The notes: generated by a model not told the origin, from the letters alone. DNA of 47,485 nucleotides from a virus (IMGVR_UViG_3300030329_003021:1-47485), one strand, 5' to 3'; shown: positions 25,050 through 34,907, counted from the first letter of the stretch. Made by a program: numbers and translations.

Positions 25050-25574
25050 ATGAAAAATAATAGTAAATTTTACTACAAATTTAGGTTTGAATATTTAGAT
25101 GATTTTTTTAGTAAGGGTATTTTTTATTCTTTACAACACTCGCTTTCTTTGTCCACTCCTCCTACTCCTACTCTCTTAGAAGAAAAATTAAGTTTATTGT
25201 GTATGTGGAATAGTAACAAAGAGTTATATGGTGTTGGTAGAAGACTAACTAAAAATATTTTTCATGTACACATATCACCAAGTGAGGCTAAGATTATGCA
25301 GAAAGAAAAGAAGAAATTAAGCACTAAAGATAAGATAGCTGATTTTTTTGAAGAACACCCTAATGAATACTATGACGCACCTCAAGTTGCTGACAGTATT
25401 AAAAGTGATTCATCTTATGTTAGAGAATTATTATGTAGTCTACACAGGGAGGGGTTCTTAGATAAAGAGTCTCATATTAACGAAAAAAGGTACAGAGTTT
25501 ATAAGTACCGTTTGACACCCCCACTTCCCGATATAGACCCTTCAATATTATCAAGGAAAAGAAACAATGGATAA
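25050..25574 (+). CDS. Protein with C-terminal winged helix-turn-helix
   Basis: KDKIADFFEEHPNEYYDAPQVADSIKSDSSYVRELLCSLHREGFL. Confidence 0.65.
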   Translation: MKNNSKFYYKFRFEYLDDFFSKGIFYSLQHSLSLSTPPTPTLLEEKLSLLCMWNSNKELYGVGRRLTKNIFHVHISPSEAKIMQKEKKKLSTKDKIADFFEEHPNEYYDAPQVADSIKSDSSYVRELLCSLHREGFLDKESHINEKRYRVYKYRLTPPLPDIDPSILSRKRNNG

Positions 25575-25794
25575 AATTTTAGCTTTTTGTTTAGGTATAC
25601 TTTTATACTGGTTCATTACTGGATTCACTCAAGAAGAACTAGCAGAACGTATGAAAAGTGTTTGGAAAGATGCCTATATGATTGGGAAAGAAGATGGGTA
25701 TATTCAAGGTAAAAGTGAATACGCCTATATGCAAACCCGTGAGTGGTTATCTGCTAAGTGTATGCTTTTTAATTGGGATGAGGAGGCAAAGTAA
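25567..25794 (+). CDS. Small protein with N-terminal membrane anchor
   Basis: ILAFCLGILLYWFITG. Confidence 0.65.
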   Translation: MDKILAFCLGILLYWFITGFTQEELAERMKSVWKDAYMIGKEDGYIQGKSEYAYMQTREWLSAKCMLFNWDEEAK

Positions 25795-25795
25795 T

Positions 25796-26617
25796 ATGAA
25801 AGATTTAGAGCTTAAAAATTTAAAAACATTTAATATTGAAGAGGGTAGTTCACACTTAAATATATCAAGCCCTAAATCACTTCCTTCTGTGCTGATAGCT
25901 ACACCCATGTATAGTGGACAGTGCACAGGTCAATATACAATATCTATTATTAATACGATTAATAACCTAAGTGTTAACAATTGTGAAACTTACTTAGCGA
26001 ACATCACGAATGAGTCATTAATCACTAGAGCAAGAAACGAACTTGTACGTATGTTTTTAGAAGATTCAAAATGCACACACATTATGTTCATAGATGCAGA
26101 TATGCAGTTTTCTGCAGAAGCAGTATACAAATTAGTAGAGCATGATGAGGATGTTGTAGGTGGTCTGTATCCTAAGAAAGTTATAAATTGGAACGCACTA
26201 CAAACTGCAGCTAATAGAGGTATTAAAAATATAAAAAGCTTTGCAGGAGACTATGTAATTAACTTTCCTCATGGTGTTAACACTATTAAAAAGAACAGTA
26301 AAGGTCTAGTAAAAGTTCGGCATGCAGGCACTGGGTTTATGTTAGTGAAAAGAAAAGTGTTTGAGAGGCTTTCTAATCATGTACCCACTTACCGTACATG
26401 CACTAAAAAAGATAGTAGAGGAGACTTTTTAAAACCATTGACTAAACAGTTCTTTGACACAAGTATTGATGAGACAGGGGCATTGTTGTCTGAAGACTAT
26501 CATTTTTGTGATCTCTGGAACAAACATGGTGGAGAAGTTTTTGTTGATTTAGATGTTGAATTGAAACATGTTGGTACACACGTATTTGAAGGTAATATAG
26601 CAGACTTTAATTTTTAG
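25796..26617 (+). CDS. GT-A fold glycosyltransferase-like protein
   Basis: IATPMY, ESLITRARN, DxD motif FIDAD, GTGFML, LSEDYHFC, HVG; GGAGG before ATG 25796. Confidence 0.8.
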   Translation: MKDLELKNLKTFNIEEGSSHLNISSPKSLPSVLIATPMYSGQCTGQYTISIINTINNLSVNNCETYLANITNESLITRARNELVRMFLEDSKCTHIMFIDADMQFSAEAVYKLVEHDEDVVGGLYPKKVINWNALQTAANRGIKNIKSFAGDYVINFPHGVNTIKKNSKGLVKVRHAGTGFMLVKRKVFERLSNHVPTYRTCTKKDSRGDFLKPLTKQFFDTSIDETGALLSEDYHFCDLWNKHGGEVFVDLDVELKHVGTHVFEGNIADFNF

Positions 26618-26625
26618 GAGGGAAA

Positions 26626-26880
26626 ATGATTTTTAAAAAAGATTCTGGTGCAAAAGAGGTACAGATTGGTGGGACTCATTACAAAGATATGGGCGCAGAA
26701 CCTTGGGAAGTTTTAGAGAAATGGTTGTCACCCACTCAATTTAAAGGGTTTTTGTTAGGCACTTCAATTAAATATTTGGCAAGGGTGAATGTTAAAGATG
26801 TAGAGGGTAAGGGTGGACTACAAGATATTAAAAAAGCACACCACACGTTGTCGTACTTGATTGAACACTTAGAAAAATAG
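26626..26880 (+). CDS. DUF3310 family protein (SaV / T7 gp1.7 nucleotide kinase-like)
   Basis: QIGGTHYK...GFLLG..IKYLAR...QDIKKA. Confidence 0.8.
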   Translation: MIFKKDSGAKEVQIGGTHYKDMGAEPWEVLEKWLSPTQFKGFLLGTSIKYLARVNVKDVEGKGGLQDIKKAHHTLSYLIEHLEK

Positions 26881-26883
26881 GGG

Positions 26884-27522
26884 GTGGTTATGGCTATGGG
26901 TAAAAAAAAGAAATTACGAGAGAAAATTTACAAAGAATCGAATAGACCTGTAGGTCATTATCTGATGCCAATAGATAGTTTAGGTTTATCAAATAGAATA
27001 AACAATTCGTTAAAAGCATATGGTATTTTTTACATCGCAGACTTAGTGCAATTTACATCAAAGCAACTATTAGAGTGTGTACCAAATATTAACAAAATAT
27101 CTATCGAAGAAATTGAAAAAGTTATCTTTAAGCATAGATTTACTTTTGAAACTAAAATTTTAATAGACCCTTTGCTTAATGAAATTATTGATAATTTCCA
27201 TACACATATAGTAGATAGCATGAAACAACGAAGAGAATCAACTTTAAAATACGATCCTGTGCTTTCAAGACCAATAGCTGATACATTTATGCGAGACGCT
27301 AACATAGACACTTTACACGGAGAGGGTATTTATACAATTCTTGATTTAGTCCAACGCACTGAAAATGAAATATTACATATACCGTCGATAGGGAAGAAGT
27401 CTTTAGATGACATAAAAACAATTTTAAAACAAAGAGGTTTATCTCTTGGTATGTCAATAACTCAATTAGTTAAGATGAAAGACGAAGAACGAAAAGACAT
27501 CATAAGAAAAGGGTCATGGTAA
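26884..27522 (+). CDS. Protein with two tandem RNA polymerase alpha-subunit C-terminal domains
   Basis: PIDSLGLSNRINNSLKAYGIFYIADLV and DPVLSRPI...DLVQRTENEILHIPSIGKKSLDDIKTILKQRGLSLGM align with RpoA CTD; no alpha-NTD. Confidence 0.88.
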   Translation: MVMAMGKKKKLREKIYKESNRPVGHYLMPIDSLGLSNRINNSLKAYGIFYIADLVQFTSKQLLECVPNINKISIEEIEKVIFKHRFTFETKILIDPLLNEIIDNFHTHIVDSMKQRRESTLKYDPVLSRPIADTFMRDANIDTLHGEGIYTILDLVQRTENEILHIPSIGKKSLDDIKTILKQRGLSLGMSITQLVKMKDEERKDIIRKGSW

Positions 27523-27830
27523 TGACACCTGAGAAGAAAGTTAAAAACAAAGTCGTAGAGATTTTAAAACGACACAAAGCATACTACTTTTATCCTATGA
27601 CAGGTGGTTATGGTAGAAGTGGTGTGCCTGATATTGTTGGGTGTTATAAAGGGCAGTTTTTTGGTATCGAGTGTAAAGCCGGAAATAATAAACCAACTGC
27701 ACTCCAAGAAAAAAATCTTAGGGAAATTAACAGAAATAATGGACTTACTCTAATTATTAATGAAAAAAATATAGATATGGTTGAGACGATGTTAACAACT
27801 TGTCAAATTTTAGGGGGGCGTTCGCTTTGA
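27522..27830 (+). CDS. VRR-NUC (PD-(D/E)XK) nuclease, Holliday resolvase-like
   Basis: PEKKVK...GVPDIV...GIECKA....TALQ. Confidence 0.88.
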   Translation: MTPEKKVKNKVVEILKRHKAYYFYPMTGGYGRSGVPDIVGCYKGQFFGIECKAGNNKPTALQEKNLREINRNNGLTLIINEKNIDMVETMLTTCQILGGRSL

Positions 27831-28063
27831 GAAGAAAACATACTTGTAGACAAGTACAACTTTATAGATGTTTAGAAAGAAATTATGTTTTATCTGTAAA
27901 GCAATTATCTAGTCGGCTAAAACTTAGCATAAGAAGTATACGGAGATACTTACCTATACTTTTGGAACATAAATTGATTGAGGTAAGGTTTACGGAAATA
28001 AGAGGTAATTCAAAAAAACCAACTTATTTTTATTCTGTAATTAGAGACGAGAGTTCTTCATGA
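27800..28063 (+). CDS. Winged HTH DNA-binding protein (start may be TTG 27827)
   Basis: LSVKQLSSRLKLSIRSIRRYLPILLEHKLI. Confidence 0.7.
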   Translation: MSNFRGAFALRRKHTCRQVQLYRCLERNYVLSVKQLSSRLKLSIRSIRRYLPILLEHKLIEVRFTEIRGNSKKPTYFYSVIRDESSS

Positions 28064-28377
28064 TGAAACAAGACATTCAGTTTGACAAATTATTGACATT
28101 AACTAAAAAATACAAACTAAATTTAGTTGATTTAAAACTTATCTCGTATGCAAATACTTGTTGGAATAATGGGGATTCTATTAGGGTAACGGATTTAATG
28201 AAACAACACGAGATCGCTTCACCTAGCACAATTCACAGTAGAGTCACTGAACATTTAATTGGTAAAGATTTATTTGTGATAACTAAGAATCCACAAGATG
28301 CTAGAGAAAAATTTATAGTTAAGGGCCAGATGTTTAAAACATTATTAGACGAAATAAGTAATGTTGATAACGATTGA
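28060..28377 (+). CDS. MarR-like winged HTH protein
   Basis: VTDLM...ASPSTIHSRV..HL..K......PQDAREK. Confidence 0.65.
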   Translation: MMKQDIQFDKLLTLTKKYKLNLVDLKLISYANTCWNNGDSIRVTDLMKQHEIASPSTIHSRVTEHLIGKDLFVITKNPQDAREKFIVKGQMFKTLLDEISNVDND

Positions 28378-30208
28378 TTTTGAAACTTATTATGACAAGA
28401 AGTTTAGTTTATCTAAGTTAACTACAGAAGAATATATACGTGACGATAGATTTGAAGTTATCGGCGTTGCATTAAAAGTTAACGAAGAAGATTCTCAATG
28501 GTTCTCTGGTACTAAACAAGAAACAAAAGATTGGCTATCTCAATTTAATTGGGGTAATGCTTTGGTGTTGGCACATAACACCATGTTTGATGGAGCTATA
28601 CTGTCTTGGTATTTTAATATACACCCTTATAAATTAGCAGATACGTTATGTATGGCAAGAGCAGTTAATGGTGTATTTGAATCTGTTAGCCTTGCGAATT
28701 TATCTAAGAAATATAATCTTGGAGAAAAAGGTTTAGAAGTACAAGACGCTTTGGGTAAGCGTAGATTAGACTTTACCTCATCTGAATTAGAGCAATATGC
28801 AAAGTACTGTCGCAATGACGTACAACTTACATATGATTTATTTGAAAAATTGCTTATTGATTTCCCCACAAAAGAGTTAAAAATTATAGATATAACATTA
28901 AAGATGTTTACCGAGCCGGGTCTTCAGTTAGATGTTCCTCTTCTGACAAGTCATTTACAGGAGACTATAGAAAGGAAACAACAGCTATTAAAAAAAGCAA
29001 ATGTCTGTAAAGAAGATCTAATGAGTAACGATAAGTTTGCTGAGTTACTGAAAGTTGAAGCTATAGACCCCCCAACAAAAATATCCTTACGCACAGGCAA
29101 TGAAGCTTGGGCGTTTGCAAAAACTGATGAGGACTTTAGAAAATTAGCTAAACATGAAAACGAGAGAATACGAGATTTGGTCGCTGCACGTTTAGGTAAC
29201 AAAACTACTTTAGAAGAAACAAGAACCCAACGGTTTATTGATATAGCTAACCGTGGATTGATGCCAGTTCCCTTGAGATATTATGCAGCGCATACAGGGA
29301 GATGGGGAGGAGATGACAAAGTTAATTTACAAAATTTACCTTCTCGTGGTTTAGATGGAAATAAACTAAAGCAATCAATTAAACCTATTGATGGTTATGT
29401 AATTATAGACGCAGACTCTTCACAAATTGAAGCAAGAGTTCTAGCTTGGTTATCTGAACAACATGATTTAGTTGAAGCGTTCGCAAAAGGAGAAGATGTT
29501 TACAAGATCATGGCAAGTGCTATATATAAAAAAGAAATAGAAGATATTACTAAGCAGGAAAGGTTTGTGGGAAAGACTACAATTTTGGGCTGTGGGTATG
29601 GTATGGGAGCAATTAGATTTCAAGATCAGTTAAGGACATTCGGAGTGGAGGTATCCGAAGAAGAATCTAAACACATTGTTAAAACTTATAGAAACACGTA
29701 TACGCAAATAGAAAATTTATGGAAGCAAGCTGATAGATGTTTAGAAAGTATATTAAATAAGACAGGTAATACTTTGGGTAAGAAAGGCGTATTATTTTTT
29801 AATCCAATCGAAGAAGGATTTCAATTACCAAATGGTTTATGGCAAAGGTATAAAAATCTTTCCGTGTTTGAACGTTATTTATTTGGCGATAACGAGGGTG
29901 GTGGTATTTATAAACGTCAATACTCTTACAAGACCAGAGACACTACTACAATTTATGGTGGTAAACTTATAGAGAATATATGTCAGGCTTTAGCTAGATG
30001 TATCATTGCTGAACAAATGGCACGAATATCAAATAGATATAAAGTTGTATTAACGGTTCATGATGCTGTTGCTTGTATAGTCAAGGAAACAGAAGCAGAA
30101 GAAGGAGTAAAATTTATTGAAACCTGTATGAAATGGAGACCTAGTTGGTGCAAAGACCTGCCTTTAGATTGTGAGTCAGGTGTAGGTAAAAATTATGGGG
30201 ACACTTAA
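28361..30208 (+). CDS. Family A DNA polymerase with 3'-5' exonuclease
   Basis: ExoI IDFET, ExoII AHNTMFD, ExoIII YCRND; HTGRW, NLQNLP, motif A DSSQIEAR, motif B RFVGKTTILGCGYG, motif C VHD. Confidence 0.95.
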   Translation: MLITIDFETYYDKKFSLSKLTTEEYIRDDRFEVIGVALKVNEEDSQWFSGTKQETKDWLSQFNWGNALVLAHNTMFDGAILSWYFNIHPYKLADTLCMARAVNGVFESVSLANLSKKYNLGEKGLEVQDALGKRRLDFTSSELEQYAKYCRNDVQLTYDLFEKLLIDFPTKELKIIDITLKMFTEPGLQLDVPLLTSHLQETIERKQQLLKKANVCKEDLMSNDKFAELLKVEAIDPPTKISLRTGNEAWAFAKTDEDFRKLAKHENERIRDLVAARLGNKTTLEETRTQRFIDIANRGLMPVPLRYYAAHTGRWGGDDKVNLQNLPSRGLDGNKLKQSIKPIDGYVIIDADSSQIEARVLAWLSEQHDLVEAFAKGEDVYKIMASAIYKKEIEDITKQERFVGKTTILGCGYGMGAIRFQDQLRTFGVEVSEEESKHIVKTYRNTYTQIENLWKQADRCLESILNKTGNTLGKKGVLFFNPIEEGFQLPNGLWQRYKNLSVFERYLFGDNEGGGIYKRQYSYKTRDTTTIYGGKLIENICQALARCIIAEQMARISNRYKVVLTVHDAVACIVKETEAEEGVKFIETCMKWRPSWCKDLPLDCESGVGKNYGDT

Positions 30209-30872
30209 AAACTATACATGGTCTTATTCAGCGTTGAGTTTATTTAAACAATGCCCAAAAAAATATTACCATTTAAAAGTAGTAAAAGATGTTAAAGAGC
30301 CTATGAGCACGGCTTTAGTTTTTGGTAATAGAGTTCACGAAGCAGCCGAGGTTTACGTTAAGGATAATAAAAAATTACCAGAAGAGTTAACGTATATAGG
30401 AGGTATGTTAGATAAATTACGACATATAGACGGAGATAAGTTATGTGAGTACCGTATGGGATTGACTAAAGATTTAGACCCTTGTGGGTTTTTTGATGAC
30501 AACGTTTGGTGGAGAGGTATTGCTGACCTTATAATTTTAAGTGACAGTAAAGCTTATTTGGTGGACTACAAGACCGGTAAAAGTAGTAGATACGCAGATA
30601 TTAAACAATTGGAGATTTTATCTTTAGCTATGTTTAAGCATTTCCCTAAAATAAAAAAAGTTAAAGCCGGGTTATTATTTGTTATATCAAAAGACTTTAT
30701 CAAAGCAAACTACAAAAAAGAGGATCAAGAGATTAATTGGCAGTATTGGTTAGATAACACTAAATATTTAGAAGATTCTATAAAATCTAATGTCTGGAAC
30801 GCTAAACCAAATTTTACTTGTAAAAATTATTGTGCAGTGTTAAGTTGTCCTCATAATGGTAGAGGAGATTAA
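30195..30872 (+). CDS. PD-(D/E)XK exonuclease, RecB/Cas4-like
   Basis: WSYS...QCPKKY, GIADL..VDYKTG, C-terminal CKNYC....C. Confidence 0.88.
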   Translation: MGTLKNYTWSYSALSLFKQCPKKYYHLKVVKDVKEPMSTALVFGNRVHEAAEVYVKDNKKLPEELTYIGGMLDKLRHIDGDKLCEYRMGLTKDLDPCGFFDDNVWWRGIADLIILSDSKAYLVDYKTGKSSRYADIKQLEILSLAMFKHFPKIKKVKAGLLFVISKDFIKANYKKEDQEINWQYWLDNTKYLEDSIKSNVWNAKPNFTCKNYCAVLSCPHNGRGD

Positions 30873-30874
30873 AA

Positions 30875-31144
30875 ATGCCTTATGTAAATAAAAAACGACC
30901 CTACAAAAAAGAATATAAGCAACAAAAAGAACGTGGGGAGCATAAAAATAGAATGGAGCGGCAACGTGCCCGTAGAAAATTAGATAAAACAAAACCCGAT
31001 AAAAATAAAAACGGTAAAGCAGATGTTAGAGAAGGGAAAGATGTATCTCATAAAAAACCGTTGAGTAGAGGGGGTACTAACAAAGACGGATACACAATAG
31101 AATCAAAAAAGAAAAATAGAAGTAGAAATTATAAAAAAAAGTAG
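30875..31144 (+). CDS. Small HNH-like protein
   Basis: DVSHKKPLSRGGTN...NRSRN. Confidence 0.7.
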   Translation: MPYVNKKRPYKKEYKQQKERGEHKNRMERQRARRKLDKTKPDKNKNGKADVREGKDVSHKKPLSRGGTNKDGYTIESKKKNRSRNYKKK

Positions 31145-31228
31145 TAGAATAAAGACTGACTAAGTAAAAAATTTAAAACGTTACTTTGGTCTGTACGTGT
31201 ATTAAACGTGTTTTAAAAAGGAGAGTAT

Positions 31229-32776
31229 ATGCAAATTATCGAAGACAAAGCTTTACTGCTGAAGGTACGTCAGCCGGAAAAAATTACTACAGTAATACCC
31301 AAAAGTAAATCTGTCTCTTCCCATGAAGTTGTTGTTAACTGGGGTTTAGAAGAGGCTCAAGTTTTAAAAAACTTAAATATAAAGAACGTACCAAGTCCAA
31401 TATATTCTAAATACAAATGGGGTGGGAGATATAAACCATTTGAACATCAAAAAGAAACATCATCCTTTCTTACTTTAAATCGCCGAGCTTTTGTATTTAA
31501 CGAACAAGGCACAGGTAAAACTGCAAGTGTAATATGGGCAGCCGATTACTTAATGAAACTAGGACGTATAAAAAAGGTTCTGGTGCTATGTCCTTTATCT
31601 ATTATGCAGTCGGCTTGGCAAGCTGATTTATTTAAATTTGCCGTTCATAGAACAGTGGGTATAGCGCACAGTTATTCACGAGAAAAAAGAATTGACGTGG
31701 TTAATTCTGATGTTGAGTTTGTGATTTGTAATTATGATGGACTACAAATTATACGAGATGCAGTAAACGAAAACGAATTTGATCTAGTAGTTGTTGATGA
31801 AGCTAACGCTTATAAAACGGTTACTACTAAACGATGGAAGATACTAAATTCTATAATAAAACCTCATACATGGGTTTGGATGTTAACTGGCACACCTGCC
31901 TCACAATCACCTACAGACGCTTATGGTTTAGCTAAAATTATTAATCCTAGTGGTGTACCAAAATATTTTGGGTCATTTAAAGACATGGTGATGTATAAAG
32001 TTTCAGAATTTATATGGCTTCCTAAAGATAAAGCAGAAGACGTTGTACACAAAGCACTACAACCTGCTATTCGTTTTACAAAAGAGGAGTGTTTAGATTT
32101 ACCAGAAATGACATACACAACAAGACAAGTACCTCTTACAAAACAACAAAATACATTCTACGAAAAAATAAGAAAAGATATGTTAACCATTGCAGCCGGA
32201 GAAGAGATAACAACCGTTAACGCTGCGGCTAACCTAAATAAACTACTACAATTAAGTTGTGGTGCCGTCTACACAGATAACGGTGAAACAGTTGAATTTG
32301 ATGTATCTAACCGATTACGAGAATTAACACAAGTTATTGATGAAGCAAGCCATAAAGTTATCGTGTTTGCGCCTTACCGACACGCTATAAATCTTATTGA
32401 GGACTATTTACTTAAAAATAAATATACGTGTGATGTGATACACGGAGGGGTTTCTGTTCATGCAAGAACCGATATCTTTAATAGATTCCAAACAACAAAA
32501 GACCCACAAATTTTAGTCATACAACCTCAAGCTGCATCGCATGGAGTAACTCTTCATGCTGCTAATGTGGTGGTATACTGGTCAGCCGTTATGTCTGTAG
32601 AAACTTACTTACAGGCAAACGCAAGAGTGCATCGAGCCGGGCAGAAAAACCCTTGCACAGTAGTTCATTTACAAGGCTCAAACGTAGAGAAGAAAATGTA
32701 TAAAATGCTTCAATCTAAAATAGACGTTCATAATAAATTGATTGATTTATACAAAAATATTATTGACAATGTATAA
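31229..32776 (+). CDS. SNF2-like superfamily 2 helicase
   Basis: EQGTGKT, VVDEAN, LTGTP, HGVTL, QANARVHRAGQ. Confidence 0.92.
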   Translation: MQIIEDKALLLKVRQPEKITTVIPKSKSVSSHEVVVNWGLEEAQVLKNLNIKNVPSPIYSKYKWGGRYKPFEHQKETSSFLTLNRRAFVFNEQGTGKTASVIWAADYLMKLGRIKKVLVLCPLSIMQSAWQADLFKFAVHRTVGIAHSYSREKRIDVVNSDVEFVICNYDGLQIIRDAVNENEFDLVVVDEANAYKTVTTKRWKILNSIIKPHTWVWMLTGTPASQSPTDAYGLAKIINPSGVPKYFGSFKDMVMYKVSEFIWLPKDKAEDVVHKALQPAIRFTKEECLDLPEMTYTTRQVPLTKQQNTFYEKIRKDMLTIAAGEEITTVNAAANLNKLLQLSCGAVYTDNGETVEFDVSNRLRELTQVIDEASHKVIVFAPYRHAINLIEDYLLKNKYTCDVIHGGVSVHARTDIFNRFQTTKDPQILVIQPQAASHGVTLHAANVVVYWSAVMSVETYLQANARVHRAGQKNPCTVVHLQGSNVEKKMYKMLQSKIDVHNKLIDLYKNIIDNV

Positions 32777-32791
32777 TAAAGGTTATATTAT
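32763..32791 (+). promoter_or_regulatory. Sigma70 promoter
   Basis: TTGACA-17 nt-TATTAT; first 11 nt (TTGACAATGTA) identical to the 19178 promoter. Confidence 0.8.
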
Positions 32792-32838
32792 TTAGTATTA
32801 TTAATTATAAGTATTCTATTAATCGGAGGGAGAGAACG

Positions 32839-33225
32839 ATGAAAGTAGATAAATTGGTTAAAGTTTACGTAAAAATTCGTGACGAGCGAAAAAAGATTTT
32901 AAGCGATTACGAGAAGAGAGATTCTGAATTAAAAGAAAGTTTAGAGACTATCGAAGAGGCATTGCTAGAGGTTTGTAAAGATACAGGCGCAGATAGTTTA
33001 CGTACAGAATTTGGAACAATAACTAGACGGGTACAAAAACGTTATAGGACGGCTGACTTTGAGGCGTTTTCTTCGTTTGTTAAAGAAAATGATGCAATAG
33101 AATTACTTGAAAAGCGTATCTCTCAAAACAACATGTCTACGTTTCTCCAAGAAAACCCAGATAAAATACCTCCCGGATTAATTGTAGATAGTAAATATGC
33201 TATCTCTGTTCGTAGAAAGACCTAA
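32839..33225 (+). CDS. Replication-module coiled-coil protein
   Basis: KLVKVYVKIRDER...SLRTEFGT...LLEKRI...PPGL. Confidence 0.7.
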   Translation: MKVDKLVKVYVKIRDERKKILSDYEKRDSELKESLETIEEALLEVCKDTGADSLRTEFGTITRRVQKRYRTADFEAFSSFVKENDAIELLEKRISQNNMSTFLQENPDKIPPGLIVDSKYAISVRRKT

Positions 33226-33921
33226 ATGAAACGAATCAGTATTAAAAATAATCGGTGGCGATTAATGTCTGATGGGAAAGAGACTAATTGTTTAGAGGGG
33301 CATGGATTAAATGTAGTAATTGTTGGGGCTTCTAAACATATCTCACGAGTTTATTATGAAGGTGAGTATAAAGAAGATAAGTCAAGAACTCCAGACTGTT
33401 ACTCTATTGATGGTATCAAACCTAGTAAATTGTCTACTACCCCACAATCAAAGGTTTGTTATGACTGCGAACATAATGTGAAGGGTTCTGGCCCAAATAA
33501 CAGTAGAGCATGTAAATTCCAACAACGCATTGCTGTGGTATTAGAGACAGATATTGGTGGGGACGTTTACCAATTAAATATCCCTTCTAGGTCAATTTTT
33601 GGTAAGGGCACTTACAAGAAACTACCTCTTCAAGCGTACTGTAAAAAGATAGCTGAGAATAATGCCCCAATAACTTCTGTTGTTACAGAAATGTATTTAA
33701 ATTTAGATAACTATGGTGTTCGGATAACTTTTAGACCAATACGTATATTGGATAATTCTGAGTTTGATATAGCTTTAAAACAAACAGAATCATTAGCCGT
33801 GAGTAAAATAATTTCGGACGCTAATGATACCCATACAATTTCTTTAAAAAAGGAGGATATAGACTTACTTAATGAGAATAACTTTACAAATTTAGCTCAT
33901 GTAATGGGCATGATTAATTAA
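33226..33921 (+). CDS. Putative Cys-containing ssDNA-binding protein
   Basis: PDCYSIDG...CYDCEHN.KGSG...RACK..QRIAV; located in the replication module. Confidence 0.55.
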   Translation: MKRISIKNNRWRLMSDGKETNCLEGHGLNVVIVGASKHISRVYYEGEYKEDKSRTPDCYSIDGIKPSKLSTTPQSKVCYDCEHNVKGSGPNNSRACKFQQRIAVVLETDIGGDVYQLNIPSRSIFGKGTYKKLPLQAYCKKIAENNAPITSVVTEMYLNLDNYGVRITFRPIRILDNSEFDIALKQTESLAVSKIISDANDTHTISLKKEDIDLLNENNFTNLAHVMGMIN

Positions 33922-33944
33922 CAACAAAAAGGAGATTATTTATT

Positions 33945-34907
33945 ATGTCAAATATCACATTGAAAGATGATTACGACAGTCTTGCAGAAGCTTTAGGTAT
34001 GACTTCTGATAAGGTTTCAGAAAAGCAAAGTGGGTTACGCCTACCACGACTAAAGATTATTAAAGAAGGTGTTTTAGGTCAAACTGAAGTTAAGGGTGAA
34101 ACGAAATCCTATCAAGTAGTTGATCCGGGGTCTTTTGTCTTGGAGATATCTGAAAATGATTCGACTCGTAAAATTTACGGTAAAGAAGCTAAAATACGTA
34201 TGTTTATGCAAAGGTTTAAATTTGAGAGGTATGTGACCGATGATAAAAAGTACGTTAATTCTGTTATGAGCGCAGCTCAATTTACCGAAGATTTACCTGA
34301 TAGTAATGGCACCATAAACTGTGGTAGACCACACAGGGGATATGTGGACGAAAAGACTTATGAAAGTATGAGCAATAGCGATCAGCAGTTGCAAAAGTCT
34401 ACTAGAAGAGTACGAGTTATTTTAGGTCTAGTAACGTTTTCTACGGCATTTAATGAGGCAGGTGAAAAAATTGAATTAGATGAACCTACACCTTTTGTTT
34501 GGGATATTACAAATAATACTGCTTTTAAAGTAATGGGTGAAATCATAGGTGAAATGAACGCATCTAAAATTCTTTTACCGAGACGTGAACTTGTTTTTGG
34601 GTCTGAACAAAAAGGTGAGGGTGACTACAAAACCTATATTCCAAAAGTCACTAGCAAGGACAATAAAGACATAAAGTTTAAGGCTAAAGATCAGGAAAAC
34701 TTAAATATGTTTTTAGAGTGGATTAAACAGACAAACACATGGGTGACAAATCAGGGAGGTAGCACTGAGGAAAACTCAACGAAAACTATAGACGTAAAGC
34801 CTACAATAGAAGAGCCAAGAAAAGTTAGTACTAAAAAAGAAAGTGAACCTGCTGTAAAGGAAAAGGTTACTAAGGTCTTGGATGAATGGGATGACGATGA
34901 GGAGTAA
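33945..34907 (+). CDS. Putative ssDNA-binding protein with acidic tail
   Basis: LPRLKI, FMQRF, NCGR motifs; ends LDEWDDDEE. Confidence 0.65.
   Translation: MSNITLKDDYDSLAEALGMTSDKVSEKQSGLRLPRLKIIKEGVLGQTEVKGETKSYQVVDPGSFVLEISENDSTRKIYGKEAKIRMFMQRFKFERYVTDDKKYVNSVMSAAQFTEDLPDSNGTINCGRPHRGYVDEKTYESMSNSDQQLQKSTRRVRVILGLVTFSTAFNEAGEKIELDEPTPFVWDITNNTAFKVMGEIIGEMNASKILLPRRELVFGSEQKGEGDYKTYIPKVTSKDNKDIKFKAKDQENLNMFLEWIKQTNTWVTNQGGSTEENSTKTIDVKPTIEEPRKVSTKKESEPAVKEKVTKVLDEWDDDEE

Noticed and set aside
30195-30872. Cas4 as evidence of a CRISPR system
   Set aside because: Stand-alone Cas4-like exonucleases are normal in phage replication modules; no other cas genes are present.
30875-31144. HNH gene as a mobile homing element or intron
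   Set aside because: It is short and free-standing, and the neighbouring genes are uninterrupted.
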